A stretch of DNA of 43,126 nucleotides from Octopus bimaculoides. Lineage: Eukaryota. Shown here in pieces: positions 13,161 through 24,679 of this stretch; the first letter of the stretch is position 1; every line of letters begins with the position of its first letter. The DNA is taken from positions 13,850,361-13,893,486 of the forward strand of contig NC_068993.1 of NCBI RefSeq assembly GCF_001194135.2, in the 5' to 3' direction. Position numbers and translations under genes: made by a program. The notes below the pieces were generated by a model that made no database searches, was not told the DNA's origin, and saw only the letters and a list, made by a program, of their open reading frames with translations.

Positions 13161-15193
13161 GTTGAGTGTTGTTTGTATGAGAGTACGAGAGTATCATTTT
13201 AAGGTTTACGAGACAGATTGTGAAGAACTATGAAAAATTTACTGATCATAGATAAAGAGCAAATCATCAGATAATAAGACAGAAACAAAGAAATATAAGG
13301 ATTTTATTTCGTGATAAAAGAAATTAAAGCCAGCGATTTCGAGAAAGAAAATATTCCATATAATAAAAAGAGAGAAATAGAAGGAACGACTTGTGAAATG
13401 AAAGAAATGTAATATTAAGTCATGTTATTTCATGGCTAGTGGATGGTATCGAATGTTTATTGAAGGTAAAATAATAAGACTAAGAAAGACAGAAAACAAC
13501 AAATAAATAAATATAGAATATGGCAGTCGATTTGTTGTATGTTTAGTCAAATGGAAAACAACCTGACTTTATCGAAATCACAAAAGCTTTCGAGTTTTAT
13601 TCTTGACCTTCATGTGATCTGTCAGCCTTAAAACAATGAAAACCAAACAAAACGATGTATAAATATCGATTGACTGCCTCTAAGTGAATTTTCTTTTAAT
13701 GAAATCCTCTCCTCCTCGATTTTATCTGTTGTTTTATTGTTGACTTTAAATGTCTACGTCTCCTCTCTTACTTTTTTCATAGTTTTCCTGCCATTTTCTC
13801 TTACCTATCATCATTCTCTATCTCTCCAAATCTTCCGATCTCACTCACTTTCTCCTTCATTTTCTTCTTTGTTTTCATTGTTGGAAATGGTAAGTTATAC
13901 AAATTGCAATATACCACGACATTTTTTTTTTTGTTCCACGTTAAACTGAACTGCTCCACACTCTACTGGAATGGATGAACATCCCTAAAAATTCTCTCCT
14001 AAAGATATATCGAAATAAAAATCATTGTTCCGTAACGGAAACTGCTATAAAATACTGGGAACGAGATGTACGGTTGTTTTAACAAAGTGACAAATTTCCT
14101 TACAAATATCGCATACATATGCCAGCATTATTTTTATCCATTGAGCGGGAGTTTAATACCCGGTTTATTTAGGGATTTCAGACATCGTATAATCCCATTC
14201 TAAGGAAAAACAAATTGCGCTTATAATACGATGAACGAAGAAACTTGATGCACCAGCATTGCGTATAAATGAATACTATATAATATGTAATATATAATAT
14301 ATGATATACAATACATATCCAAAGTTCGTCTGGAACGTAATAGTATTCAGTATTATTGTTTACTTCTCGTAGAAGCAATGTGAAAGGAATAAGAATATGA
14401 TAAATATATCCAGTCTTTCCACTAGATTCTGGGGTCAATTCCTCAACAAAGACTTATGCAACTCAGTAAGGGATAAATAAGTTACAAATGTATTTAGGGT
14501 TTTTTATTCGCTCTACTCATTTCTATGTATTATTCCCATTTAGCATAATACGTAAGATTATTTAGTTTTGGATTTTGGCCGGAAACAAAAAACTATAAAG
14601 TAAATATATTTTTAATGTACACCGAAAAATTCTTCGAAATGAAATTCCTTATCCCGAATGTACACTACACTAAAATATAGAAACGTATGTAAAATGAAAA
14701 AGAAAGAGAATTTAACGCCACTAAGAATTTTGTTTTTAAACCATCGGTATTTAACGTACCAAACTTTATATAACATTATGATACTGTATATTAGTATCAT
14801 TTATATATTTCCTTTATAACGAAAGATAGAAAACAAGTGATATCCATTTTGCAAGACTTAAAATGATTTTTCAGTCTATTAACAGAAACGATCAAATGTG
14901 TGTTCATAATATTCGGATTTAAACTTAGGTTTAGGAGGGGCATTCTCAGACTGTCATCTGATGTCTTGTGTATACACACACTGTGCCACTTTACAAGGGA
15001 AATATACAGTTGTGTATCTGACACTTTATAAGTCCATTTATATAAGTTAATAACAAACAACACAAACCCAAAGGTGATAATTTCGTTCATAATATACATA
15101 TATGCACTAACGCAGGCACACACACGCGCATATATAGTACATATAACTGTATATATATATATATATATACAGTCTGTTAAAGTCTGTCATACC

Positions 15194-15233
15194 GGCCATG
15201 ACGAAGGGAAATAGCCCTGAAACTCGAGTCGCC
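15194..15233 (+). ncRNA. Type-I hammerhead-ribozyme-like motif embedded in (TA)n
   Basis: GGC-C(A)UGACGA-AGGG aaauag CCCU-GAA-ACUCGAGU-C-GCC. Stem I is GGC/GCC, stem II is AGGG/CCCU, stem III is the palindrome ACUCGAGU, and the cleavage triplet is GUC. There is one extra A inside the CUGANGA core. Confidence 0.65.
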
Positions 15234-15711
15234 TTTATATATTTATATATATTTATATATATATAATTATATATTTGATCCTTTATATTGAACACTCAAT
15301 ATTTCATCTACATTCAATACTTTCTTTCATGGTGCCATCCATTTTTATTTTATCTTATTTTATATTGTATATTGTATATTATATTATATATTGTATATTC
15401 CATATTCTATACCCCGCATTAGTTCTGCAGGAATATAAATAAAACATAAAAAACAGACAGTGTTGGAACTCTTTTAAACAAAATAATATATTCCTCTATA
15501 CACAATCATACAAAAAACCCACCTTTTTTGTATTTATTTTTACTCGCATATATATATATATATATATATATANNNNNNNNNNNNNNNNNNNNNNNNNNNN
15601 NNNNNNNNNNNNNNNNNNNNNNNNNNNNNNNNNNNNNNNNNNNNNNNNNNNTCCTAGTGGCCTAGCGTATAAAAGTTTAGTCCAAAGATTATGAATTACT
15701 CATGAGGTACG

Positions 15712-15746
<35 letters not shown>

Positions 15747-15751
15747 ATCAG

Positions 15752-15910
15752 CTGATGAAGGGGATGTTCTATGTGGCCTGCTTGTTTGTTGCACCCTGTT
15801 TACCATTTTGTCCATGTTCTTTTGTCACATCATGTACCCAGTTATGTATCTATATGTACATGTGGATGAAGGTATATACATACATGTACATATATACGCA
15901 TATATTGTTT
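15752..15910 (+). repeat. Direct repeat copy 1 (about 160 bp), starting exactly at CTGATGAAGGGG
   Basis: Aligns with 16413-16580 with 7 substitutions, a 1-nt indel and an 8-nt indel; 661-bp period. Confidence 0.95.
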
Positions 15911-16412
15911 GTATCACGACAGAACGCACGCGTTAACCCTTATACAGTAAGTTTTAACTGTATTTCTAACGCGACTCTCTCTTTCTCTATCTCTAAATCT
16001 ATTTCCCCCTCTCATTCTTCCCTCTACTGTTATTCGCCTCTCCCTGTCACTACTATCTATCTCTCTCGCTCTCTCTCTATCTCTCGCTGCTCGTCCTTGG
16101 CCTCTCACTGTTACTACTACTATCTCCCTCCCTGTCTACCTCTCGTTGCTCATTTTCGTTCTTGGAATCACCAACCTCGCACGTACTTCTTTGCTCCTCC
16201 AGTTCGTGCCTCACAGCGTTCAATACATACACACTTAACGTCTGGCTGTACAGCCTTTTTGTTTGTTTATTTCACTGTTTCGTTTTCCTGTCTTCTTTTC
16301 CGTCCGCCACTACCCTCCACGAAAACAATTTAATTTGTGTTCGTGGGAAGAACCATTTTAACGATGCGTACTGCCTTAATCCTTCGAAAAGCCGGGGTTT
16401 TAATGGTGGCAA

Positions 16413-16576
16413 CTGATGAAGGGGATGTTTCTATGTGGCCTGCTTGTTTGTTGCACCTTGTTTACCATTTTGTCTATGTTCTTTTGCCACGTCATATACC
16501 CAGTTACGTATCTATATGTACATGTGGATGAAGGTATATACATACATGTACATATATATGCATATACTCATATATT

Positions 16577-16580
<4 letters not shown>
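16413..16580 (+). repeat. Direct repeat copy 2, followed by a long (TA)n
   Basis: See copy 1. Confidence 0.95.
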
Positions 16581-16637
<57 letters not shown>

Positions 16638-18547
16638 CATAAACATATATATATACATATTTATGTACAAATATATGTATGCAATACGTGTGTGAGTGTT
16701 AGTGTGTACACTGTAACACACGCACATATGTATACATGAATGGCTTTCACCCAAATGCCTAAGCATATAAGTGCATATTTTTAAATTTCAAAATTGTGAT
16801 AATTGCTTTTGAGTAGATAAAATATCTTTTTAGTAATGATAGCGCCTCGATACAACGGTGCTCAAATTAACTGCGTGTATTGTCTATAAGAAATATATGT
16901 AGGTTTTATGAGCTTATCTTCACCGAGAATTATGCCTGGAAATATGCAAGGGAAACCAAAATAATGCACCGCCTCAACTTTAACGATTTACAGGCTTCTC
17001 AATCAGGGTATATTTGCGTGGTGCAGATCCGTTTATGCTTGGAAGAGCACCACATCCAGGTTACATTAAGATAAGCGTAGAATAGTTGTTGTGAAGTGTT
17101 TTAGAGTTATACAACCTTCAGTGTCTTCCCTTGAAAACCGAAATCACATTTCGCATGTGCTAACTTTATCTCTCCGCTAAGGCAATGATCCTGTGCGTTA
17201 GTCTAAATTTCAGTATTGAAATCTATGCATATTTTGTATAAACTCTTTCATGTATATGTTGTTTCCATGTTAATATTTGATTTGTTTGGTTCATTGCGAC
17301 TGCTAAACCTATCCTTTGGTTTATTATTTAAGATGTATATTATAAACATTCTAACATACATGCATATCTATTAACCTAAAACGAAAAGATATAGACCTAC
17401 GAAAACAAATTCTTTCTCACATTTTTTTCAATTATTGCGGAGAATTAATGCGCAGGTGAGAAGATTATATTTTCGCTTGTACACATGATAGGTTTCTTCA
17501 TGTAATGTTGTGTATGTAAATACAAAATACTCCAATATGCTATTTTTAATGTTTGTATTTAATTGCAAAAACCCGATTGGGTTTTAATTCTAAGAAACCT
17601 TATGGAAACAGAAATGCTAATATCTTATTTTAACTTTTTTTTTCAATAAATGCGACTTTCAGTCCATTGAATGCAAAGATATATTGGATCGGCAATGAAA
17701 ACTTCTAATGAAATACATTTTCTCCCCAAAGTTTTGTAGCTTTTATTACTTTGTTGGTAAATGTCGGTAGTTTATTAATTTCAAAATCTAAAGCAAAAAT
17801 AAGTTTTATCCAGATTAAATTCTTTTGTAGTTTTTCTATGTTGTCAGAGAGGAGAAAAACCATAAAATATTTATTCTATACTCATAATCTATTATGAAAT
17901 TTATGTTAGCTTTCTTGACTCGGTAATTCGAGAGGTCTTTAGCGATAATACACATTCCTGTTGGTTTTCTACGATTATCTACGCTACAGTATCACAGGCT
18001 GCAGTTTTGTTCTCTGTCCATTTTCAGAGGTTATTATTACAGAACACTATTATGGTCAAAATTTAACTAGTCTTGTAGGTTACTAATATTTATTTCAGAA
18101 GAGGAATACCATGCCAATTGAATTCATTATCATTGCTATTATATATGAAAACTAATAATTCAAACTTACTACAAACAATAGACGCTATGAGTTTTGTTTA
18201 TGCCGATATTTCTTTTTATATTAGATACTCCTTTCAACTGACGAAACTGTAAATTAGAAAAGAACAAAACTAATTACTTTGGAAAATGCCAAATCAATTC
18301 GAAATAGATTAGTCTTGAAAATAAATACGTATATCAGAATTAGTTTTTCACTCAAGAGAATAATTTAGGGATGAAACTTAAGATATTTAAAATTCATCTG
18401 AGGAAGGAAAAGTAACGAAATCAGGTGTGACGGAATCAGATCGACATAACTATAGCAACTTAATCATAATCTCTTGTCTTTTATTAAGCAGATCAAAAAT
18501 TCCCTGGTTAGGTTATTGTTTCTTTTGGTTGTATTATTTATTGCTAC

Positions 18548-18730
18548 GAAGGCAGCAAGCTGACAGAATCCTTACAGCTTCGGGAAAAATACTTAACGGC
18601 ATGTCTTCCGACTTTATGTTCCGAGTTCCAATATAGCCAAGATCGATTTTACATTTCGTCGTTGTGTAGTGGAAAAATAAAGTACTAGTCAAGTATTTAG
18701 TGACATTGATATGGTTATGATCACAAGTAT
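18548..18730 (+). mobile_element. Old, diverged copy of SINE family A
   Basis: ggcagcaagctgacagaatcctta..aaatacttaacggc..ccgagttccaat..aagtactagt aligns loosely with 27328-27546. Confidence 0.7.
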
Positions 18731-19534
18731 CCTTACGTATCTAATAAAGCTGAGAACAAAGTGCGCATATTTCTATTTGGACAATTTTCTCTTCAGTCAG
18801 CTGTTTTGCATAGATTATATTATGTAGGAAGATATAAACATATGACCAATCAACCCATAATATACGTAGAAGTGTCTATAATATGCGTGGTTGGCCAGTG
18901 GGTCGAACTGCATTATTGACAATTATTGTTATTCTATAACCTTAGTTATGCTGAACTGCACTTAGGATGAATTACATTCTATTAATTGAAAATATTCCTA
19001 GATATATACCAGAACAAATATTCCGATAGAAGTTGTTCATCACAGGAAAATATTTCAGTTTGTAAACAAGGCAGAATAAATTCATTAATTGTTATAAACA
19101 TTTACTGAAATTAATTCTTCCGGGTGCATCGCCTCGCGTCAGTTTTGGCGAAGATCAAAGGTTAGTGTTCTTCTCGACGCATGCCTCTAATTCTCGCTGA
19201 ACTGTAATGAGTATAATTTTACATAAGCATATATAATGCTCGTATTAATAACGATACTCGTCCTTGCTTTGATCGTTCGTAAACACATATATCCACAAAC
19301 TATTCATACGCTCGCTTGACTTCAGAATACACGCCCTTATGATGCTTTTGTGAAACATCCTGCATATTAACAACCAATTTCCTGCAACTTAATTTTCCGC
19401 GGCATTTTATTTTGTTTTGAAATTGTATCTAGTCTGTTCTTTAATGTTATACTACTATCATTATGCGTTTGCTCTCCTCTGTTTCTCTAAGAATGTTTCA
19501 CGTACTATAAATTCGACAAGATTATGATACGCTC

Positions 19535-19735
19535 AACAGTAGCGAGCTGGCAGAATCGTCAGCCCGCTGGGCTGCATTTCGTCCCTCTAAACGTTCTAGG
19601 TTGAAATTATGCCCAGGTCGACTTTGCCTTTAATCACTTCAGGGTCGAAAACATATGTACCAGCTGAGCACTGGTGTCGATGTAATCAACTTAACCCCTT
19701 CCCCAGACTTGCTGGCTTTTTAGTTAAATTCGAAA
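19535..19735 (+). mobile_element. SINE family A copy
   Basis: agcgagctggcagaatcgtcagc..acgttctaggttgaaatt..ggtcgactttgcctt..gggtcga..gtaccagctgagcactggtgtcgatgtaatc is colinear with the other family A copies. Confidence 0.85.
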
Positions 19736-19934
19736 CTACTATCATGATAGGTTCATTGTAAGTTTTCGATTTCTGGGTGGTAACCTAAAATACAAATTTA
19801 TAAAAGCTTTTATGGTCGATGTTTCAGACATACCTGACCAAGTTGTCTTATAATTTAGCACGTTCACTTGGTAACTAATATTTAAAACAAAACCTTAAAA
19901 CAGTTCTATATTTAAGAGATTAGGAATTATGTAC

Positions 19935-20057
19935 ATTATTTACATTTGACGGATATTTGTCCTCATCTTGTTTGTTATTAACACAACGCTTCGGCTAATA
20001 TACCTTCCAACCTTCATCAGGTGTCTTGGGGAAATTTCGAATCTGGGTTCTCATTCC
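19935..20057 (-). mobile_element. 3' pseudo-LTR segment of a Penelope-like element (hammerhead-bearing)
   Basis: Gap-free 123-bp inverted match to 20744-20866 (15 mismatches, 88% identity). Same orientation as, and downstream of, the GIY-YIG remnant. Confidence 0.8.
19980..20025 (-). ncRNA. Minimal type-I hammerhead motif, copy A (A15.1 changed to G, probably inactive)
   Basis: GACAC-CUGAUGA-A-GGUUG gaagguauau UAGCC-GAA-GCGU-U-GUGUU. Stem I is GACAC/GUGUU and stem II is fully pairable with two G-U pairs. Confidence 0.7.
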
Positions 20058-20072
20058 TGAGGTATTTTTAGA

Positions 20073-20121
<49 letters not shown>

Positions 20122-20149
20122 GGCGTTGTTGTTGTTGGTGTTGTTGTTG

Positions 20150-20219
<70 letters not shown>

Positions 20220-20250
20220 CATTATTATTATTATTAGTATTATCATTATT
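20073..20250. repeat. (GTT)n-(ATT)n trinucleotide tract inside the Penelope-like terminus
   Basis: Read directly. Confidence 0.95.
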
Positions 20251-20251
20251 A

Positions 20252-20312
20252 CTCGGAATATTGGGGTTAGTAGCCCGCGCTGTTAACCACTACGCCATAT
20301 TCCCGTGGGCAA
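20252..20312 (-). other. tRNA-like head: Pol III A box plus anticodon-like loop, B box truncated
   Basis: TGGCGTAGTGG (20297-20287) is an exact fit to the A-box consensus TRGCNNARYGG and is followed by TTAA. Then comes ggg-CTACTAA-ccc, then ccGAGT running into the AAT repeat where TTCGANTCC would be expected. Confidence 0.65.
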
Positions 20313-20333
20313 TTATGAAGAGAATTTTAGGGC

Positions 20334-20605
20334 TTATAAATCTAATATTTTCCTATCCTTTCTTAATACCGGTTCCCATATGCTATTCATACCTGCACTC
20401 GTTCTTCTTAGGATGTTGCTGTGTCCTAGCATATGTGCTACTTCTTTTAGTTTTCGTATTTTCCAGTGGGTTCTCTGTCTATTATTTTAACTTCATCCCA
20501 CGAGGAGAGGTCATCTCCATTTGCCATACACGATCAGCTGTAACCGATTTATCCATATCTCCTCGTGCCACAGCTTTGCGATGTTCCTCTAAGCTTATTT
20601 TGATG
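20334..20605 (-). pseudogene. Penelope-like element GIY-YIG endonuclease C-terminal remnant (2 frameshifts)
   Basis: Spliced translation across frameshifts: KISLEEHRKAVARGDMDKSVTADRVWQ / NGDDLSSWDEVKIIDREP / HWKIRKLKEVAHMLGHSNILRRTSAGMNSIWEPVLRKDRKILDL*. It matches the R..EH....S..A.H.W.....W..V.IID.E..W..R..KE..H.......N pattern of PLE endonucleases. Confidence 0.85.
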
Positions 20606-20743
20606 TTACAATATGGTCAATTGTATTTCTGAGGTAGTCTACAATAGGTCCTATGTGCGTTATAAAACGGAAACACACACATTGACAATTAATACCGATC
20701 TCCAAAATGGTTTTATTCAACAGATAAAACATTATAAGAGCAG

Positions 20744-20866
20744 GGAATGAGAACCTAGGTTCGAAATTTCCCCAAGAAACTTGATGAAGGCTGGAGGGTA
20801 TATCAGCCGAAACTTAGTGTTAGCAAGAAACACGATGAGGACAAATATCCTTCAAATGTAAATAAT
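20744..20866 (+). mobile_element. Inverted 5' pseudo-LTR segment of the same Penelope-like element
   Basis: Inverted 88% match to 19935-20057, lying upstream of the truncated ORF. Inverted 5' pLTRs are a known PLE arrangement. Confidence 0.75.
20776..20821 (+). ncRNA. Minimal type-I hammerhead motif, copy B (C3 changed to U; stem III ACUU)
   Basis: GAAAC-UUGAUGA-A-GGCUG gagggUAUAU CAGCC-GAA-ACUU-A-GUGUU. Stem II is a perfect 5 bp and stem I pairs at 4 of 5 positions. Confidence 0.7.
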
Positions 20867-20954
20867 ATAATTAAAACCTTAATATTGATACGTCAATTTT
20901 ACATGTCAAAATTATAACACATTGCCTCACATTGTCAGATGATAAATCATGTGC

Positions 20955-21265
20955 CAGACGTGGCTGTGTGATAAGAAGCTTGCTTCCTAACCACGGTTCC
21001 GAGTCCAGTCACACTGCGTGACACATTGAGCGAGCGTCTTCTACTATAGCTTCGGGCCGACCAAAGCCTTATGAGTGGATTTGGTAGACGGAAACTGGAA
21101 ACTGAAAGGAGCCCGTCGTATATGTGTGTGCGTGTGTGTGTGCGTGTCTGTCTTCTGTGTGTGTGTGTCGGTGTTTGCCCCCCACCCCACTTCATCGCTT
21201 GACATCAGATGTTGATGTGTTTACGTCCCCGAAACATAGCATTCTTGAAAGTGATTTCATAAAAG
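20955..21265 (+). mobile_element. tRNA-derived SINE family B with internal (GT)n
   Basis: Head gacgtggctgtgtgataagaagcttgcttcc..ggttccgagtccagtc, then body cgggccgaccaaagcctt..ggatttggtagacggaaactg, then (GT)n, then catcgcttgac..gtgtttacgtccccg. Confidence 0.85.
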
Positions 21266-21609
21266 ATAGATATAAATTCTTAAGTTCTTTTCAACCAGTA
21301 GTTATATTGCTTGCGACAAATCGCTAGTGATATCTGTTCGAATTAATGAAAAAGCCTCTTCATGGTGGTTTGATATGTTAGAAAATGCAACAATGATACA
21401 ATAGATAATGAATAAGGAGTAGACTGTTTGTAGGTAGCATTGATATAACTATGCATTCTGTAACTTTTATATGCTCAATCAAAAATCAGTTGTAGCTAAA
21501 CAACCTCCACAAATAACATGTTCTATTTTTGTGAAGAAGAAACGTGTGCTACACTTGTACAGATTCTTACTTATTGAAGCATATGGCTAATGCAATCATC
21601 CATACTTAC

Positions 21610-21652
21610 TTCGCTTCCTGCTTGAAGTTCTTATTGGGAATTAGTATGTTCT
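21610..21652 (-). other. Candidate 43-nt internal exon
   Basis: Branch-like actaat with ttcttgcag acceptor (AG at 21654-21653) and GTAAGT donor (21609-21604). One frame is open: (E)NILIPNKNFKQEA(K/N). No homology recognised. Confidence 0.25.
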
Positions 21653-22841
21653 CTGCAAGAAATTAGTTTAGCTTGCATATGTGGCCGGTTTGTTTTCTGG
21701 TTAAATTAATATACGGCTAGACCGTTTTTGCTTGCATTTGTGTGTTGAATTATATAAGAAACATTAGCAATGTGAGAAAGTATTAATACATACCTTAAAC
21801 TGTTTCATATTTTATATGTGGGAACAGAATTGCTGGTGATTTGTGTCTGTGTATGAAAGTCATTAGTATTGTAAGTGGAATAGTATCATACAGAAAGCGA
21901 ATCCCACTTGAATATTATACTCATAGGATTAGCACTTTCTGTATCAGTCTGTAATAAAATACATATGTGAGAGTGAGTATATATGCACGTTTGTATATTA
22001 ATGTTTCCTTTCCTGTGAGTGTATTTGTTGAAAGAATTACAAATATATTCATCTTGGAAAGCTCCGATATTCATATACACACAAGGAACATGCGCAGATA
22101 TATGGTACATAACTGGGTGTGCACAATGAGCGGGCTTGCGTGTGTACTTGTATCCTGGCAGCCATTTTGTTTTACAAATCTCTAGCTTTCTTATTATACA
22201 TTATCTCGTTTTATACATTTTGTCATGCTTGAAAAGAGACTCAAAGAATATTGTATACATATGAATTTAAATTTTGATGTTATTTGTGCTTCTCTTTAAT
22301 TTTTTTTTTTTTTTGCTTTCGTATTGTCTTACCAAATCAATGAACATTAACAAAATGTAAGAAATATAAAACCAAGAAAAAATGCATTGAAATAATATAC
22401 GAACAAAATTAATCAAAAATAAATCCTATAAAGTATAAGAAAAGCTGTTGTCAGATAGAAAGGTATTTGGTTTTGTTTAGTTTATCTCTTGCACTACACT
22501 TAATNNNNNNNNNNNNNNNNNNNNNNNNNNNNNNNNNNNNNNNNNNNNNNNNNNNNNNNNNNNNNNNNNNNNNNNNNNNNNNNNNNNNNNNNNNNNNNNN
22601 NNNNNNNNNNNNNNNNNNNNNNNNNNNNNNNNNNNNNNNNNNNNNNNNNNNNNNNNNNNNNNNNNNNNNNNNNNNNNNNNNNNNNNNNNNNNNNNNNNNN
22701 NNNNNNNNNNNNNNNNNNNNNNNNNNNNNNNNNNNNNNNNNNNNNNNNNNNNNNNNNNNNNNNNNNNNNNNNNNNNNNNNNNNNNNNNNNNNNNNNNNNN
22801 NNNNNNNNNNNNNNNNNNNNNNNNNNNNNNNNNNNNNNNNN

Positions 22842-22918
<77 letters not shown>

Positions 22919-23106
22919 GTATATATATATGCTTGTATACTTGTCTCTTTTGTCTTCATACACAGACACACACACACATATATACATAAATGTATGTATA
23001 TTATATCTTATTTTCGCGCATGTATATATAAATATAAATGCATGTATATAAATATATTTTATATATATACATATATATATAAATATGCATATATATATAC
23101 ACAAAC

Positions 23107-23140
<34 letters not shown>

Positions 23141-24679
23141 TAATAAATAATTTGATACGTAATATGACTATGTACGCATCTGTGTAAAATATTTATACAT
23201 ACATAGATATCTATGTACGTAAAACACAAAGCAAAGAAAAAAAATAACAGAAAATGTGAAGGAATTGAGAAGTTTTAGTTTGATTCTCTATTTATGTATA
23301 TTGTTCATTATTTTTTCTACATTTCCTATATTAAATCTTTCCTAACGAAAAGAAAAATAAAAGAAGCTTTTAACAGATATCCTTTGGATTTCTGATCCAT
23401 TTCACGGATTACATATAAATTCTGTCGAGTTTTGTCTCATAAATCGTTTTTTCTCTCACTTTTGTTTTCATATGAATGGCAAAAAGCAGAAATTAAAAAG
23501 ACCATTAACAGATTATGTTAGTTCATCAAATTTATATTTTATATTCTTATATCCTTGTGTTCAGCTAAACAAAAACACACGCACACATATGCATATGTAT
23601 ACATACATACAATCTGGATATATATATATATACACAAACACACATATAATATTTTTACCATACGATATATATATATATACATACATATTTAATGTGGTAA
23701 GAATATGTAAGTGATATAAAGAAAATAAGATGTTTTGTTTTGTTTATAATATTATATTTGTTTATTATTTCAAAAAGAAAATACTTGAAATGTGCTGCGC
23801 TCTATCAAACGTGGGAGGTAATCATAAATAGATTGTGATGAAAGAAGTTAAAAGGAAAAAAAAAGACGCTAAAATGTGCATAAAACTTATCGCAATATTC
23901 TTTATAAGAATAAGACGAAATAATTGGAAATGAAGAATCCGTGAAAGGTTGAAACAAAATAATCCACAAGTTGTTGTCTTTGCTGTGTAACAAGTTCAAA
24001 GATTCAAAAATCTCTCTCTCTATAGATGTATATTTTACATAACTTCAATAAATTTTTGTATTATTTTATTTACACAAGTTTTCAACTTGCGTTAGTTCCT
24101 CGAATATATGTTTTTCCATTATATCTAATTTCCCCGCTATTATTTTATCCATCGAAAAATATCAAGAAAACATTGTTGCATATTTGTTTGGATTTGAATT
24201 ATTTGATGTAAATTATGGTGTTATGATTCACATTTATTTAATTGGTCTTCTTATGAATTTTCTTGATGTGTATATATTCTCTGAGCAAAAGCTAGCTTTT
24301 TGTTTTTAATTTCTTCTGAAAGTTAGAGCTAAGCGTTATATCTTATAATTAATTTTAACAAATAGACATGAACCTAAAATATATTATTATTGGAAGAATA
24401 TAATCCATTAAAACAGTGTTGTACATGGTTAGTACTTAATTCATGGAGTGCAAATATATGAATTGCTAGGTGAAAATGTCGAGAACCTAATTCGAGTTAT
24501 GCAAAGAGTGCATTGAAACACTGCATAAAAATTGTTTCCAATGTTATATAGCTGTGGTCCCCAATAGTGGTGCCCAACACTTTTATTTAAATGAATTTTC
24601 CCCCGGAGACCTTGCAAGTTGTGAGGAAATATAAGATGATAGCAATTGAATCTATTATATGTCTGGTCTTTTCCTTCTT

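Noticed and set aside
16381-16425. Possible type-II hammerhead (CCUUC-GAAA..CUGAUGA-AGGGG)
   Set aside because: Stem II is only weakly pairable, and stems III and I cannot both form with a valid UH site.
18395-18445. CUGAGGA..GAAA motif
   Set aside because: No stem II or stem I; chance match.
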